Origin: Candidatus Hadarchaeum sp.
GTDB lineage: Archaea > Hadarchaeota > Hadarchaeia > Hadarchaeales > Hadarchaeaceae
Direction of reading: 5' to 3'
Assembly (NCBI RefSeq): GCF_049969415.1
Contig: NZ_JBMFOX010000013.1
Location: 1 to 35,562, forward strand
DNA length: 35,562 bases
Shown one piece after another: positions 9,571 to 18,027 of the stretch. Made by a program: the position numbers and the translations under genes. Numbering within the stretch: position 1 is the stretch's first letter; every line of letters starts with the position of its first letter. Below the pieces are notes generated by a model. It did not search any database, had not been told where the DNA came from, and worked only from the letters and a program-made list of their open reading frames with translations.

Positions 9571-12249
9571 ATGGTGGTGCTGGTGGGTAAGCTAGAGAAT
9601 ATGTTAAACCCAAAGGCCGTGGCTTTAATCGGTGCTAGTGAAAAGGAGGGCACGGTTGGCAACCAAATTATGAAAAATCTTCTCCAAGGCAAAGAGAAAA
9701 GAAAGATCTATCCAGTGAACCCCAGCTACCAAGCGGTAATGGGTCTAAAGTGCTTCCCGAGCATAACCCAAATCCCGGAACACGTTGACTTGGCCGTAAT
9801 TGCGATACCGGCCAAGAGCGTCCCAGCCGTGGTTGACGAGTGTGGGCGGAGCGGCGTCGATGGCGTCGTGATAATTTCCTCAGGTTTTAGGGAGGCCGGC
9901 GAAGAGGGAGCAAAGCTGGAACAGGAAATAAAGAAGTTGCAGGAAAAATATGGACTTAGGATACTTGGCCCAAACTGTCTTGGTTTTATCCGACCTCACG
10001 ATTTCATCAATACCACTTTCTTGAGAAGCCAGCCGCAGCCGGGCGAGATAGCATTTATCTCCCAGAGCGGGGCCTTGGGTTCCGCGATTTTGGATTGGGC
10101 AGTTAGCACCCACATTGGTTTTAGCATGTTTGCTTCGTTGGGTTCAATGCTGGACATTGATTTCGGGGATTTGATAGATTATCTTGGGGAAGATCCCCGC
10201 ACGCGGAGCGTCATAATTTACATGGAGGGTGTCGGTTCGGCTAGAAAGTTTATAAGTGCCGCCAAAGGGTTTGCTCGAACAAAACCGATTATCATCATTA
10301 AACCCGGAAAATATGCTGAGAGCGCCAAGGCGGTTAAATCCCACACCGGGGCGCTGGCCGGAAATTTTGAGGTTTATCAGGCCGCTTTTAGAAGAGCCGG
10401 TGTGGTGATGGTGGATGAAATCGAAGATCTTTTTAACTGCGCCAGCGTCTTGGATTCGAGGTATTTGCCCGCTGGGCCGAACATCGCCGTAGTAACCAAT
10501 GCCGGCGGGCCAGGGGTGATTGCGGCTGATGCTATCATCGATAACTTCGGAGAACTGGCCGATCTTTCTCCTGAAACAATCACGGCATTGAATAAGGTTT
10601 TGCCGCCGCAGTGGAGTAAGGGAAACCCTGTTGATATACTCGGGGATGCCGATGTGGAAAGGTACGCCAAGGCGCTGGAGGCCTGTCTTTCCGATCCTAA
10701 GATAGATGGTATAGTGGTCCTCTATACTCCCCAAGGAGCCGCTAAATCAACTGATTTGGCTAAGAAAGTTGTCGAAATCGCCCAAAGGAGGCTTAAACCG
10801 ATTCTGACGGTTTGGATGGGTGAAAACGAGGTCGAAGAAGCAAGGAGGATATTCTATCAAAATGATGTACCCACTTACCCCACACCGGAGAAGGCGATAA
10901 GGACCTACATGTACATGTACAAGTACAAGCGCAACTTGGAACTTCTATATGAGACGCCCGAGGAGCTTTCTGTGGATCTTTCCCCTCCTAAGAGCCACCT
11001 AAGACTCATCATCAGAAGGGCCGTAGGTGAAGGAAGAACAAACCTGACTCAGGCAGAGATTGATAAGTTCTTTGATGCTTACCGGATTCCGAGACCGGAG
11101 GCTCATTTGGCGAAGAATGAGGAGGAAGCCGTTGCCGCCGCCTCCCGCATGGGCTATCCGGTAGTTTTGAAGATCGCCTCTCCCGAGATAATTCACAAGA
11201 CCGATGTTGGCGGGGTCGTGGTTGGAATAGATTCGGAGGAAAGTTTGAGAAAGAGCTATCGTTCGATGTTGGAATCCATTAAAAATGCCGTGCCCAAAGC
11301 CAAAATTGATGGAGTCTATGTTCAAAAAATGAAGAAGTTTGACTATGAGCTGATTCTGGGGGCTAAGAAGGATCGGGATTTCGGTTCAGTTATCCTGTTC
11401 GGTCAGGGCGGGATAGGCGTTGAGTTCTACAGGGACTTTTCGATAGCTTTGCCCCCGCTGAACCAGACGTTGGCTAGGAGGCTGATGGAGGAGACTAAAA
11501 TTTATCGCGCCATTTCCCGCGGGATAAGGAACAAGCCCCCCGTAGATATGAAGGCTCTGGAGGAAATTATAGTCCGGTTTTCTAGCCTAGTAGTGGATTT
11601 TCCCGAGTTCGCCGAAATCGACATTAACCCGCTTGTGGCCTCAAAAGGGGAGATTACCGCTCTCGACGCCAGAGCCACTATTGATGTTGAAGCGTTGAAA
11701 TTGACTGATCCCTACGCACATCTTTCTATCTTACCTTATCCCACGAAATATGTCTTGCCCTGGAGGTTGAAGGATGGCACCGAGGTCCTGCTCCGACCAA
11801 TCCGCCCTGAAGACGAAAAAATTGAATATGAGTTTATCAAAGGGCTTTCCGAGGAAACTAGCAGGTTCAGGTTTTTCAGGGTAATCAAAGAGCTATCCCA
11901 CGATGACTTGGTGCGATTCTGCAACATAGACTACGACCGGGAGATGGCGATAATCGCGGAGACCACTGAGGCTGGCAAAAAAAAGGAGATCGGGGTGGCC
12001 AGGCTGATTATTGAGCCGGGCAAGAAGCGCGGCGAGTTTGCCATCGTTGTGGCGGATAAGTATCAGGGAAAGGGCTTGGGCACCAAGCTCATGGATATGC
12101 TCATCGAGTTTGCTCAGGAGAAGGGGTTGGAAACCGTCTACGGGATTATCATGCGTGAAAACAAGAAGATGGTCCGGCTGGCGCAGAAAATGGGTTTCAC
12201 CCTCAAGCCGTCAGAGGAAGGATACGTGGCCACGTTGAATCTTGTTTGA
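9571..12249 (+). CDS. Acetate--CoA ligase (NDP-forming) family / C-terminal GNAT fusion (Pat/PatZ-like protein lysine acetyltransferase)
   Basis: GPNCLG, SQSGA, SHTGALAG, TNAGG, NPVD, ATP-grasp HKTDVGGV and DINPL; GNAT with LRPIRPED, RFF and YQGKGLG. Confidence 0.9.
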   Translation: MVVLVGKLENMLNPKAVALIGASEKEGTVGNQIMKNLLQGKEKRKIYPVNPSYQAVMGLKCFPSITQIPEHVDLAVIAIPAKSVPAVVDECGRSGVDGVVIISSGFREAGEEGAKLEQEIKKLQEKYGLRILGPNCLGFIRPHDFINTTFLRSQPQPGEIAFISQSGALGSAILDWAVSTHIGFSMFASLGSMLDIDFGDLIDYLGEDPRTRSVIIYMEGVGSARKFISAAKGFARTKPIIIIKPGKYAESAKAVKSHTGALAGNFEVYQAAFRRAGVVMVDEIEDLFNCASVLDSRYLPAGPNIAVVTNAGGPGVIAADAIIDNFGELADLSPETITALNKVLPPQWSKGNPVDILGDADVERYAKALEACLSDPKIDGIVVLYTPQGAAKSTDLAKKVVEIAQRRLKPILTVWMGENEVEEARRIFYQNDVPTYPTPEKAIRTYMYMYKYKRNLELLYETPEELSVDLSPPKSHLRLIIRRAVGEGRTNLTQAEIDKFFDAYRIPRPEAHLAKNEEEAVAAASRMGYPVVLKIASPEIIHKTDVGGVVVGIDSEESLRKSYRSMLESIKNAVPKAKIDGVYVQKMKKFDYELILGAKKDRDFGSVILFGQGGIGVEFYRDFSIALPPLNQTLARRLMEETKIYRAISRGIRNKPPVDMKALEEIIVRFSSLVVDFPEFAEIDINPLVASKGEITALDARATIDVEALKLTDPYAHLSILPYPTKYVLPWRLKDGTEVLLRPIRPEDEKIEYEFIKGLSEETSRFRFFRVIKELSHDDLVRFCNIDYDREMAIIAETTEAGKKKEIGVARLIIEPGKKRGEFAIVVADKYQGKGLGTKLMDMLIEFAQEKGLETVYGIIMRENKKMVRLAQKMGFTLKPSEEGYVATLNLV

Positions 12250-12251
12250 AT

Positions 12252-12401
12252 CTACCTTTCAACTTTGATTTCTATTTTTTTCCAGTCCTTTTTTATCCCG
12301 CGAAGTGAGGTCACCGCTCCGACTATGGCGCCGCTCAATATTTTCACCACGAACTCGTTCAGGTCGATTTCCTCACCGTCGACCGAGAGTTTGACGTCCA
12401 A
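12252..12401 (-). CDS. 49-aa small protein, MobB C-terminal-domain-like (not in ORF track)
   Basis: TTG start 4 nt after GAGGTGA; MDVKLSVDGEEIDLNEFVVKILSGAIVGAVTSLRGIKKDWKKIEIKVER. Confidence 0.75.
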   Translation of the reverse strand: MDVKLSVDGEEIDLNEFVVKILSGAIVGAVTSLRGIKKDWKKIEIKVER

Positions 12402-12483
12402 TCTATCACCTCAATTCCAATTCTATGTCGGAATAAAAAAAGAAATTGCAGACTTGGCTACAAATTCAGATAGCGACTTGTTT

Positions 12484-12545
12484 TTGTTTAATAGATTTTA
12501 CAAAAAGTAAAGTTTAAATAACATAATGTAACCAATTTTTTACAT
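12484..12545. promoter_or_regulatory. Three tandem pseudo-palindromic operators overlapping the TATA box
   Basis: TTGTTT-N8-TTACAA, AAGTAA-N8-TAACAT and ATGTAA-N8-TTACAT at a 21-bp period; TATA TTTAAATA at 12513-12520. Confidence 0.6.
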
Positions 12546-12551
12546 GATAAA

Positions 12552-12938
12552 ATGATGAGCGGCTGTTACACTTCCTACAAGCGAGCGGTGATGGCCATAG
12601 TTGCCAGTCTTGTTGCCTTTTCCGCGTTCACAGGTGAACTTTTGATAGCGGTGTTGTCAGTAGTTGTTGGCTTGCTGTTTTTGTATTTGCTTAAAAGCAA
12701 GACTGACGAGGTGCTGGTTGATGAGCGGGCCTACAAAATAAGTGAGAAGGCTTCACGGAGGACGATTCAGGTGGTTGGGTTAGCTTCAGCCGTTGTTGGC
12801 ATCTCAATGGTTGGCTTGAGCAGGGTCGGACATCCGGAGCTTTTGGAGGCCGGCCTTTCTCTGGCCTATTTTTCCGCAGTTTTGATGCTGGTTTACCTCC
12901 TCTTCTACCGATATTATGCCAAAAAGTTTGGGGATTAG
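12552..12938 (+). CDS. DUF2178-like membrane protein
   Basis: Four TM helices with a central VLVDER...ISEKASRRT motif; C-terminal FYRYYAKK; adjacent to an XRE HTH gene. Confidence 0.8.
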   Translation: MMSGCYTSYKRAVMAIVASLVAFSAFTGELLIAVLSVVVGLLFLYLLKSKTDEVLVDERAYKISEKASRRTIQVVGLASAVVGISMVGLSRVGHPELLEAGLSLAYFSAVLMLVYLLFYRYYAKKFGD

Positions 12939-12943
12939 CCGTC

Positions 12944-13147
12944 ATGAAAAACAAACTCAAGGTATATCGGGTGATGCATAATTTGACCCAGGAGGATCTT
13001 GCGAAGAGGCTGGGGGTAACGAGGCAGACCATAATAGCCATTGAAAGAGGAAAATACGACCCTTCGTTGCCGCTAGCTTTCAAGATAGCGCGATTTTTCA
13101 AGGCCAAGATTGAGGATATTTTCATTCCAGATGAGGAAGCCGGATAG
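12944..13147 (+). CDS. XRE-family helix-turn-helix transcriptional regulator
   Basis: MKNKLKVYR..LTQEDLA..LGVTRQTIIAIERGKYDPSLPLAFKIA..F...IEDIF. Confidence 0.93.
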   Translation: MKNKLKVYRVMHNLTQEDLAKRLGVTRQTIIAIERGKYDPSLPLAFKIARFFKAKIEDIFIPDEEAG

Positions 13148-13219
13148 ACCTTTGGAGTTCTATCGGCTATGCCGAGTTAACTGCAATTTTACACGCGTTT
13201 GAACGCTTAAATCCCACAT

Positions 13220-13307
13220 TGGTGCGGGGGAGGGGATTTGAACCCCCGAACCCCTACGGGACTGGCTCCTGAAGCCAGCGCCTTCAACCTGGCTTGGCTA
13301 CCCCCGC
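13220..13307 (-). tRNA. tRNA-Leu (anticodon CAG), CCA encoded, no intron
   Basis: GCGGGGG/CCCCCGC acceptor stem, CTGGC-TT-CAG-GA-GCCAG anticodon arm, long variable arm, GGTTCAAATCC T-loop, ACCA end; TATA CTTTAAAG about 26 nt upstream. Confidence 0.97.
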
Positions 13308-13390
13308 TCGTGAAAATCCTATCACAGCAAAGCTTTAAAGGTTAGCAGCAACCTTTATCAAAAAACAAACAGAGTAATTTAGGGAATCTT

Positions 13391-14566
13391 ATGCCCGAAG
13401 CCGACATCGTCTGGTGGATAGTGGCAAGCATCATCTTCTTCGCAGTGGTAACTCTACTTAGTCCACAGATGATGTGGCTACAGGCACGGGCAGGATTAAC
13501 CCAGATGAAAAAGGCGGTCGTTGATCTCGATAAAATGGCTAAGGAGAGCAAAAAGATAGCGTTGAAGGCGATAGTAAAACACGGCAAGCCCAAGCAGGAT
13601 GTGGAGAAAGAGTTCAATGACTTTTTAGATTTCTTCGCCATTGAGCCGGTCAGCGAGGATCCCGTGGGAGTCTTGAGAAGGCTGGAGCACATTCTTGATG
13701 TCCGGAATAAGCGATTTAAGGACGCCATCGCCAGACTGGCGCCGAACGCCGACCCTGAGACCGCCGCCAACTTGGAGATGGCGCTGGAGGGTGCGATGGC
13801 CAACTACACCCTGTATCGATTGGTGCGCCACTTTTTGGTTCTGGCCGAGAAAACGAAGAATATCCAGATTGTCATGCTAGTCCAGATGAATATCCCCTTC
13901 CTGAGAACATACGCCAAGGCCTTCGTCGATGCCACCAAGGCCTTCGTCGAGGGCAAGCCAATAGGTGATGGCGTCGGGCCCCTGACGGTTGTAAAGCTGG
14001 TTAAAGAGGGGAAGTTTTACGAGCCGGTCGAGGATACTGTCTACACCGAGTCCGAGTTTGAGGGGCGAAAGCTCCTCATTGTGAAGGCAAAGGGTCCTGG
14101 AGGCAGGGTCGGCAAGCCAGGTGAGCTTGTAGCTAGGCTGGCGAAGAAGCGGAAGGTGGCGCGCATAATCATGATCGACGCGGCTGGAAAGCTCGAGGGG
14201 GAAGCCAGCGGCGAAGTTGTGGAGGGGGTCGGCGCTGCCATCGGTGGCCCACCGACCGAGAAGTATAAGATCGAGGAGATAGCAGTGGAGCGGAAGATAC
14301 CCATCGACGCCATCGTGATCAAAGAGTCCTACACCGAGTCGCTAAAGCCCCTCAACAAGAAGCTGGTCCGTGGAGTGGATGAGGCTGTGGAAAGGGTTAA
14401 GAATGCCATTAGGCAGCGCACCAATCCGGGCGATACGGTAATCGTGGCCGGAATTGGAAACACCATAGGGATTGGGCAAAGCCTTAAAGATTTGCCCACA
14501 GATTTCCCGGCGCCACCAGAGGAGAAAAAGGATGAGATTGAATCAACGTATCTCCCGGTACGTTGA
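13391..14566 (+). CDS. DUF1512 family protein
   Basis: N-terminal TM helix; PIGDGVGP, KAKGPGGRVG, MIDAAGKLEGE, GVGAAIGG and GIGNTIGIGQ. Confidence 0.85.
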   Translation: MPEADIVWWIVASIIFFAVVTLLSPQMMWLQARAGLTQMKKAVVDLDKMAKESKKIALKAIVKHGKPKQDVEKEFNDFLDFFAIEPVSEDPVGVLRRLEHILDVRNKRFKDAIARLAPNADPETAANLEMALEGAMANYTLYRLVRHFLVLAEKTKNIQIVMLVQMNIPFLRTYAKAFVDATKAFVEGKPIGDGVGPLTVVKLVKEGKFYEPVEDTVYTESEFEGRKLLIVKAKGPGGRVGKPGELVARLAKKRKVARIIMIDAAGKLEGEASGEVVEGVGAAIGGPPTEKYKIEEIAVERKIPIDAIVIKESYTESLKPLNKKLVRGVDEAVERVKNAIRQRTNPGDTVIVAGIGNTIGIGQSLKDLPTDFPAPPEEKKDEIESTYLPVR

Positions 14567-14609
14567 TGCTATTTAAATAATGGAGTTCATATTTTGTGGA
14601 GTGGTTTAA

Positions 14610-16799
14610 ATGAGGCGTTACAAGCACCTAGCGGATGTCCAAAAGTTGATGTGGGAGCCAGAGCACATCAGGAACATTGGTATAGTCGCCCATGTCGATC
14701 ACGGCAAGACAACTTTAACCGACTCTCTGGTCGCCGCCTCAGGGATAATAAGCTTCGAGCTCGCCGGTGAGCAACTTTTCACGGATTTTTTGGATATCGA
14801 GCAGCAGCGAGGCATAACCGTCCAGACCTCCGCCGTCAGCCTTTCTCACGTTTTAGATGGCCAAGAGTATCTGATTAACCTACTTGACACCCCTGGGCAC
14901 GTTGATTTCAGCGGCGACGTAACCCGGGCCCTCCGCGCGATCGATGGTGTGGTCGTGGTAATGGATGCCGTTGAAGGTGTAATGCCCCAGACGGAGACGG
15001 TTTTGAGGCAGGCGCTGAGTGAAAGGGTGCGCCCCGTGCTCTACATCAACAAGGTCGACCGTCTGATAGACGAACTCAAGCTAACCCCGGAGGCGATGCA
15101 GGCCCGATTTGTCAAGCTGATAACTAAATTTAACGAGCTGGTTAAAAGGTATGCCCATCCGAGCGTTGCAGATAAATGGTTGGTAAACGTTGAAGCGGGC
15201 TCGGTTGCCTTTGGTTCGGCCAAGGAGAAATGGGCCGTGTCCATCCCACAGATGAGGAAAAAGAACATCACCTTCAAGGACATCATAAACGCTTACCAGT
15301 CCGGAAATCAGGCCGAATTGGCGAAGAAGAGCCCGGTTTATGAGGTTATCTTGGACATGGTTATCAAACACCTTCCAAATCCTAAGGAGGCCCAGGCCAG
15401 CCGCATTCCGGTCATCTGGAAAGGGGACATCAATAGCGAGCTTGGGCGTGACATGTTGGCGGCAAATCCCCACGGAAAGCTTTGCATGGTTATCACCGAC
15501 ATCATCGTTGATGAACAAGCCGGTGTGATATCGACTGGCAGGGTTTTCTCAGGCACCTTGGAAAAGGGCAAGACGGTCAGGTTGGTGAGTTCAGGGCAGG
15601 AGGCCCGTATCCAGCAGGTCAACGTCTACATGGGTCCGGATCGAGTGATGGTGGACAAGGTCCCGGCCGGCAACATCGGTGCCGTAATCGGATTGAAGGA
15701 GGCCTTTGTCGGTGAAACTTTGATCGAGGCCGGTGTCGAGGGCAAAGGGTTCGAGGAGCTCAGATACATCAGCGAGCCCGTGGTAACCGTGGCCGTCGAG
15801 CCGAAAAACTTCCAGGATCTCCCCAAGCTCGTCAACGAGTTGAAAAAGATATCTCGTGAGGACCCCAACGTCAAGGTGAAGATTAACGAGGAGACGGGGG
15901 AATATCTAGTTTCCGGAATGGGTGAAGTGCACCTTGAGATAGTAGAGTACAAGCTGAAGAAAGCCGGTCTGGAGGTTAAGACGTCGGAGCCAATCGTAGT
16001 CTACCGTGAAACCCCCACCAAGCGGGCTGGCCCCGTTGAAGGCAAGTCCCCGAACAAACACAACCGCTTCATGATTGTCGTGGAGCCGCTGGAGCCGCAG
16101 GTCATCAAGGCCATTGAGGAAGGTAAGATCAATGACAAGCAGGAAAGAAAGGAGCGAGCGAACATTTTGAGAGAGATGGGCTGGGAGACACATGAGGCCC
16201 GCAATATCGTTACCATAATTGGACCTAATGTCCTAGTGGATGCAACGAAAGGCGTCCAGTACATGAATGAAGTTGAGGACTACATCATCGAGGCCTTCAA
16301 GGAAGTGGTTGAGGAAGGGCCCCTTATGCGCGAGCCCATGCGCGGATTAAAGGCCATGATTGTCGATGCCAGCTTGCATGAGGACTCGGTCCACAGGGGT
16401 CCAGCGCAGATAATCCCCGCAGTAAGGCGCCCGATTCAGGCCGCCATACTTTTGGCGGATCCCACCGTGCTCGAACCATTGCTTAAGCTAGAGGTTCGGG
16501 TTCCTCAGGAGTTTATGGGTGGCGCTACTAAGGTAATCCAAGGCCGCCGTGGAAAGATCTTGAGCATGGAAGCCGAAGAGGACATAACGATAATTAGGGC
16601 CTCTCTGCCGGTGGCCAATTCGTTTGGTCTGGCTGCAGATCTTCGTTCCGAGACTGAGGGTCGAGCCATTTGGGCCACCGAGTTTGAGAAGTTCGATGTG
16701 GCGCCGAGGGAGCTTCAGGAGCAGATAATTCGGGACACGCGAAAGCGCAAGGGACTGAAGCCCGAGCCACCACAGCCAGAGGAATTCATGGAGAAGTAA
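14610..16799 (+). CDS. fusA: Archaeal translation elongation factor EF-2
   Basis: AHVDHGKTT, RGIT, DTPGHVDF, NKVD, GMGEVHL, SPNKHNRF and diphthamide loop LHEDSVHRGPAQ. Confidence 0.97.
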   Translation: MRRYKHLADVQKLMWEPEHIRNIGIVAHVDHGKTTLTDSLVAASGIISFELAGEQLFTDFLDIEQQRGITVQTSAVSLSHVLDGQEYLINLLDTPGHVDFSGDVTRALRAIDGVVVVMDAVEGVMPQTETVLRQALSERVRPVLYINKVDRLIDELKLTPEAMQARFVKLITKFNELVKRYAHPSVADKWLVNVEAGSVAFGSAKEKWAVSIPQMRKKNITFKDIINAYQSGNQAELAKKSPVYEVILDMVIKHLPNPKEAQASRIPVIWKGDINSELGRDMLAANPHGKLCMVITDIIVDEQAGVISTGRVFSGTLEKGKTVRLVSSGQEARIQQVNVYMGPDRVMVDKVPAGNIGAVIGLKEAFVGETLIEAGVEGKGFEELRYISEPVVTVAVEPKNFQDLPKLVNELKKISREDPNVKVKINEETGEYLVSGMGEVHLEIVEYKLKKAGLEVKTSEPIVVYRETPTKRAGPVEGKSPNKHNRFMIVVEPLEPQVIKAIEEGKINDKQERKERANILREMGWETHEARNIVTIIGPNVLVDATKGVQYMNEVEDYIIEAFKEVVEEGPLMREPMRGLKAMIVDASLHEDSVHRGPAQIIPAVRRPIQAAILLADPTVLEPLLKLEVRVPQEFMGGATKVIQGRRGKILSMEAEEDITIIRASLPVANSFGLAADLRSETEGRAIWATEFEKFDVAPRELQEQIIRDTRKRKGLKPEPPQPEEFMEK

Positions 16800-17622
16800 G
16801 CGAGTTGGTAATTTCACCGAAATCTTCAGGGGCTAGCTCGATCACTCTTGCTTTCAAAAGCTTACCGGGTAGAGCGGTATCAATGAATGTCCTTGCCTCA
16901 GCTCTAGTCATTTTACTTTCTGGAAAAATTTCAGAGAAGGAATGCAGCAAAGCATTTCTAACCAGCTGATTTCGATGCTGAAATAAGGCTCGGACGACAT
17001 TTGAGAAAAGTTTTTCGTCCTTGACCGCAAATGGGGGCTGGCGGGGCCTCAATCTGACGATTGCCGCGCTAACCTTCGGTGGAGGAAAAAATGCTGAGGG
17101 TGGGACCTCGTCTAGGAGCTCTACTTTGGCCCGGTAGTAAATATTGACGGTTAAGCGTCCGTAATTTTCCGAACTAGGCTGCGCAACCAATCTCTCGGCG
17201 AACTCCTTTTGGAACATTAAAACAGCGAGGCCAAAATTTAATCCCAGGAGCTTGAAGGTTATTTCTGATGATATCGAGAAGGGCAAGTTAGAAACTATTT
17301 TGTTGAAAATAGGCAGTTCCATTCGCAGGACGTCTCCCAGAATAATTTTGACGTTCGTCCGTCCCCTTAGATTTTCACCAAGGATATCGATTAATTTTTT
17401 GTCCCTTTCCACAGCAATTACGGTTCCGGCCACATCTGCGAGCATGGCAGTCAAATTGCCCGCCCCTGCCCCGATTTCCAGAACCACATCATTTTTCGTC
17501 AGTTCCGCATACTCCACCATTTTTCTCAGCACAGATGTATCAATGACTTGATTTTGTCCCAGCCTTCTTTTCAGCCAGATTTCCTTCTCCCGCAGGGTTC
17601 TCCTAGTTTCTTTTAGCATCAA
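16786..17622 (-). CDS. rsmA: 16S rRNA m6,2A dimethyltransferase RsmA/KsgA/Dim1
   Basis: LGQN, VLEIGAGAG, VSNLPFSIS, MFQKEFAERL, YGRLTV and FFPPPKVSA. Confidence 0.95.
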   Translation of the reverse strand: MMLKETRRTLREKEIWLKRRLGQNQVIDTSVLRKMVEYAELTKNDVVLEIGAGAGNLTAMLADVAGTVIAVERDKKLIDILGENLRGRTNVKIILGDVLRMELPIFNKIVSNLPFSISSEITFKLLGLNFGLAVLMFQKEFAERLVAQPSSENYGRLTVNIYYRAKVELLDEVPPSAFFPPPKVSAAIVRLRPRQPPFAVKDEKLFSNVVRALFQHRNQLVRNALLHSFSEIFPESKMTRAEARTFIDTALPGKLLKARVIELAPEDFGEITNSLTSP

Positions 17623-17683
17623 TTATATACTCAGCACCCGGTATTTTGACATTTGGAGAGAGATGATTTCGGAGTCATTTAAT

Positions 17684-18010
17684 ATGGCCAAGGAGGGTCT
17701 CTTCAAAAAATTGCAAATCGTTGCAGCGTTAACACCTGAAGTGGAAAATGAGATAATTGATTTATATCGAAACCGGGGCAAGCGTGCAATCGAGGCGATA
17801 AAGGGCGGACGGGTAATCAAGCGGGGGCAGCGCTGGTTTGTCAAGGGAAAGAACGATGAGTATGAGGTCGTGAAGAATTTCTGTACCTGCAGTGACTACG
17901 TGATGAATATCGCAACTGGCAAGGCGGATGTGGATATGTGCTATCATGCCTTAGCCAAGAACATCTGCCAAGTGCTTAACTCTTATTATGTCGCTGAACC
18001 AGAAAAATAA
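17684..18010 (+). CDS. SWIM-type zinc finger protein
   Basis: RGKRA..A, WFVKGKNDEY, CTC...CYH (CxC-xn-CxH); start uncertain (17663 or 17684). Confidence 0.75.
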   Translation: MAKEGLFKKLQIVAALTPEVENEIIDLYRNRGKRAIEAIKGGRVIKRGQRWFVKGKNDEYEVVKNFCTCSDYVMNIATGKADVDMCYHALAKNICQVLNSYYVAEPEK

Positions 18011-18027
18011 GCTTGGGGGGCGATTGT

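Noticed and set aside
12265-12510. Plus-strand 81-aa ORF in the track
   Set aside because: Shadow of the minus-strand 49-aa gene, which has the SD and a protein-like sequence.
12400-13220. Integrated islet at the 3' end of tRNA-Leu
   Set aside because: No duplicated tRNA 3' end and no integrase in the window.
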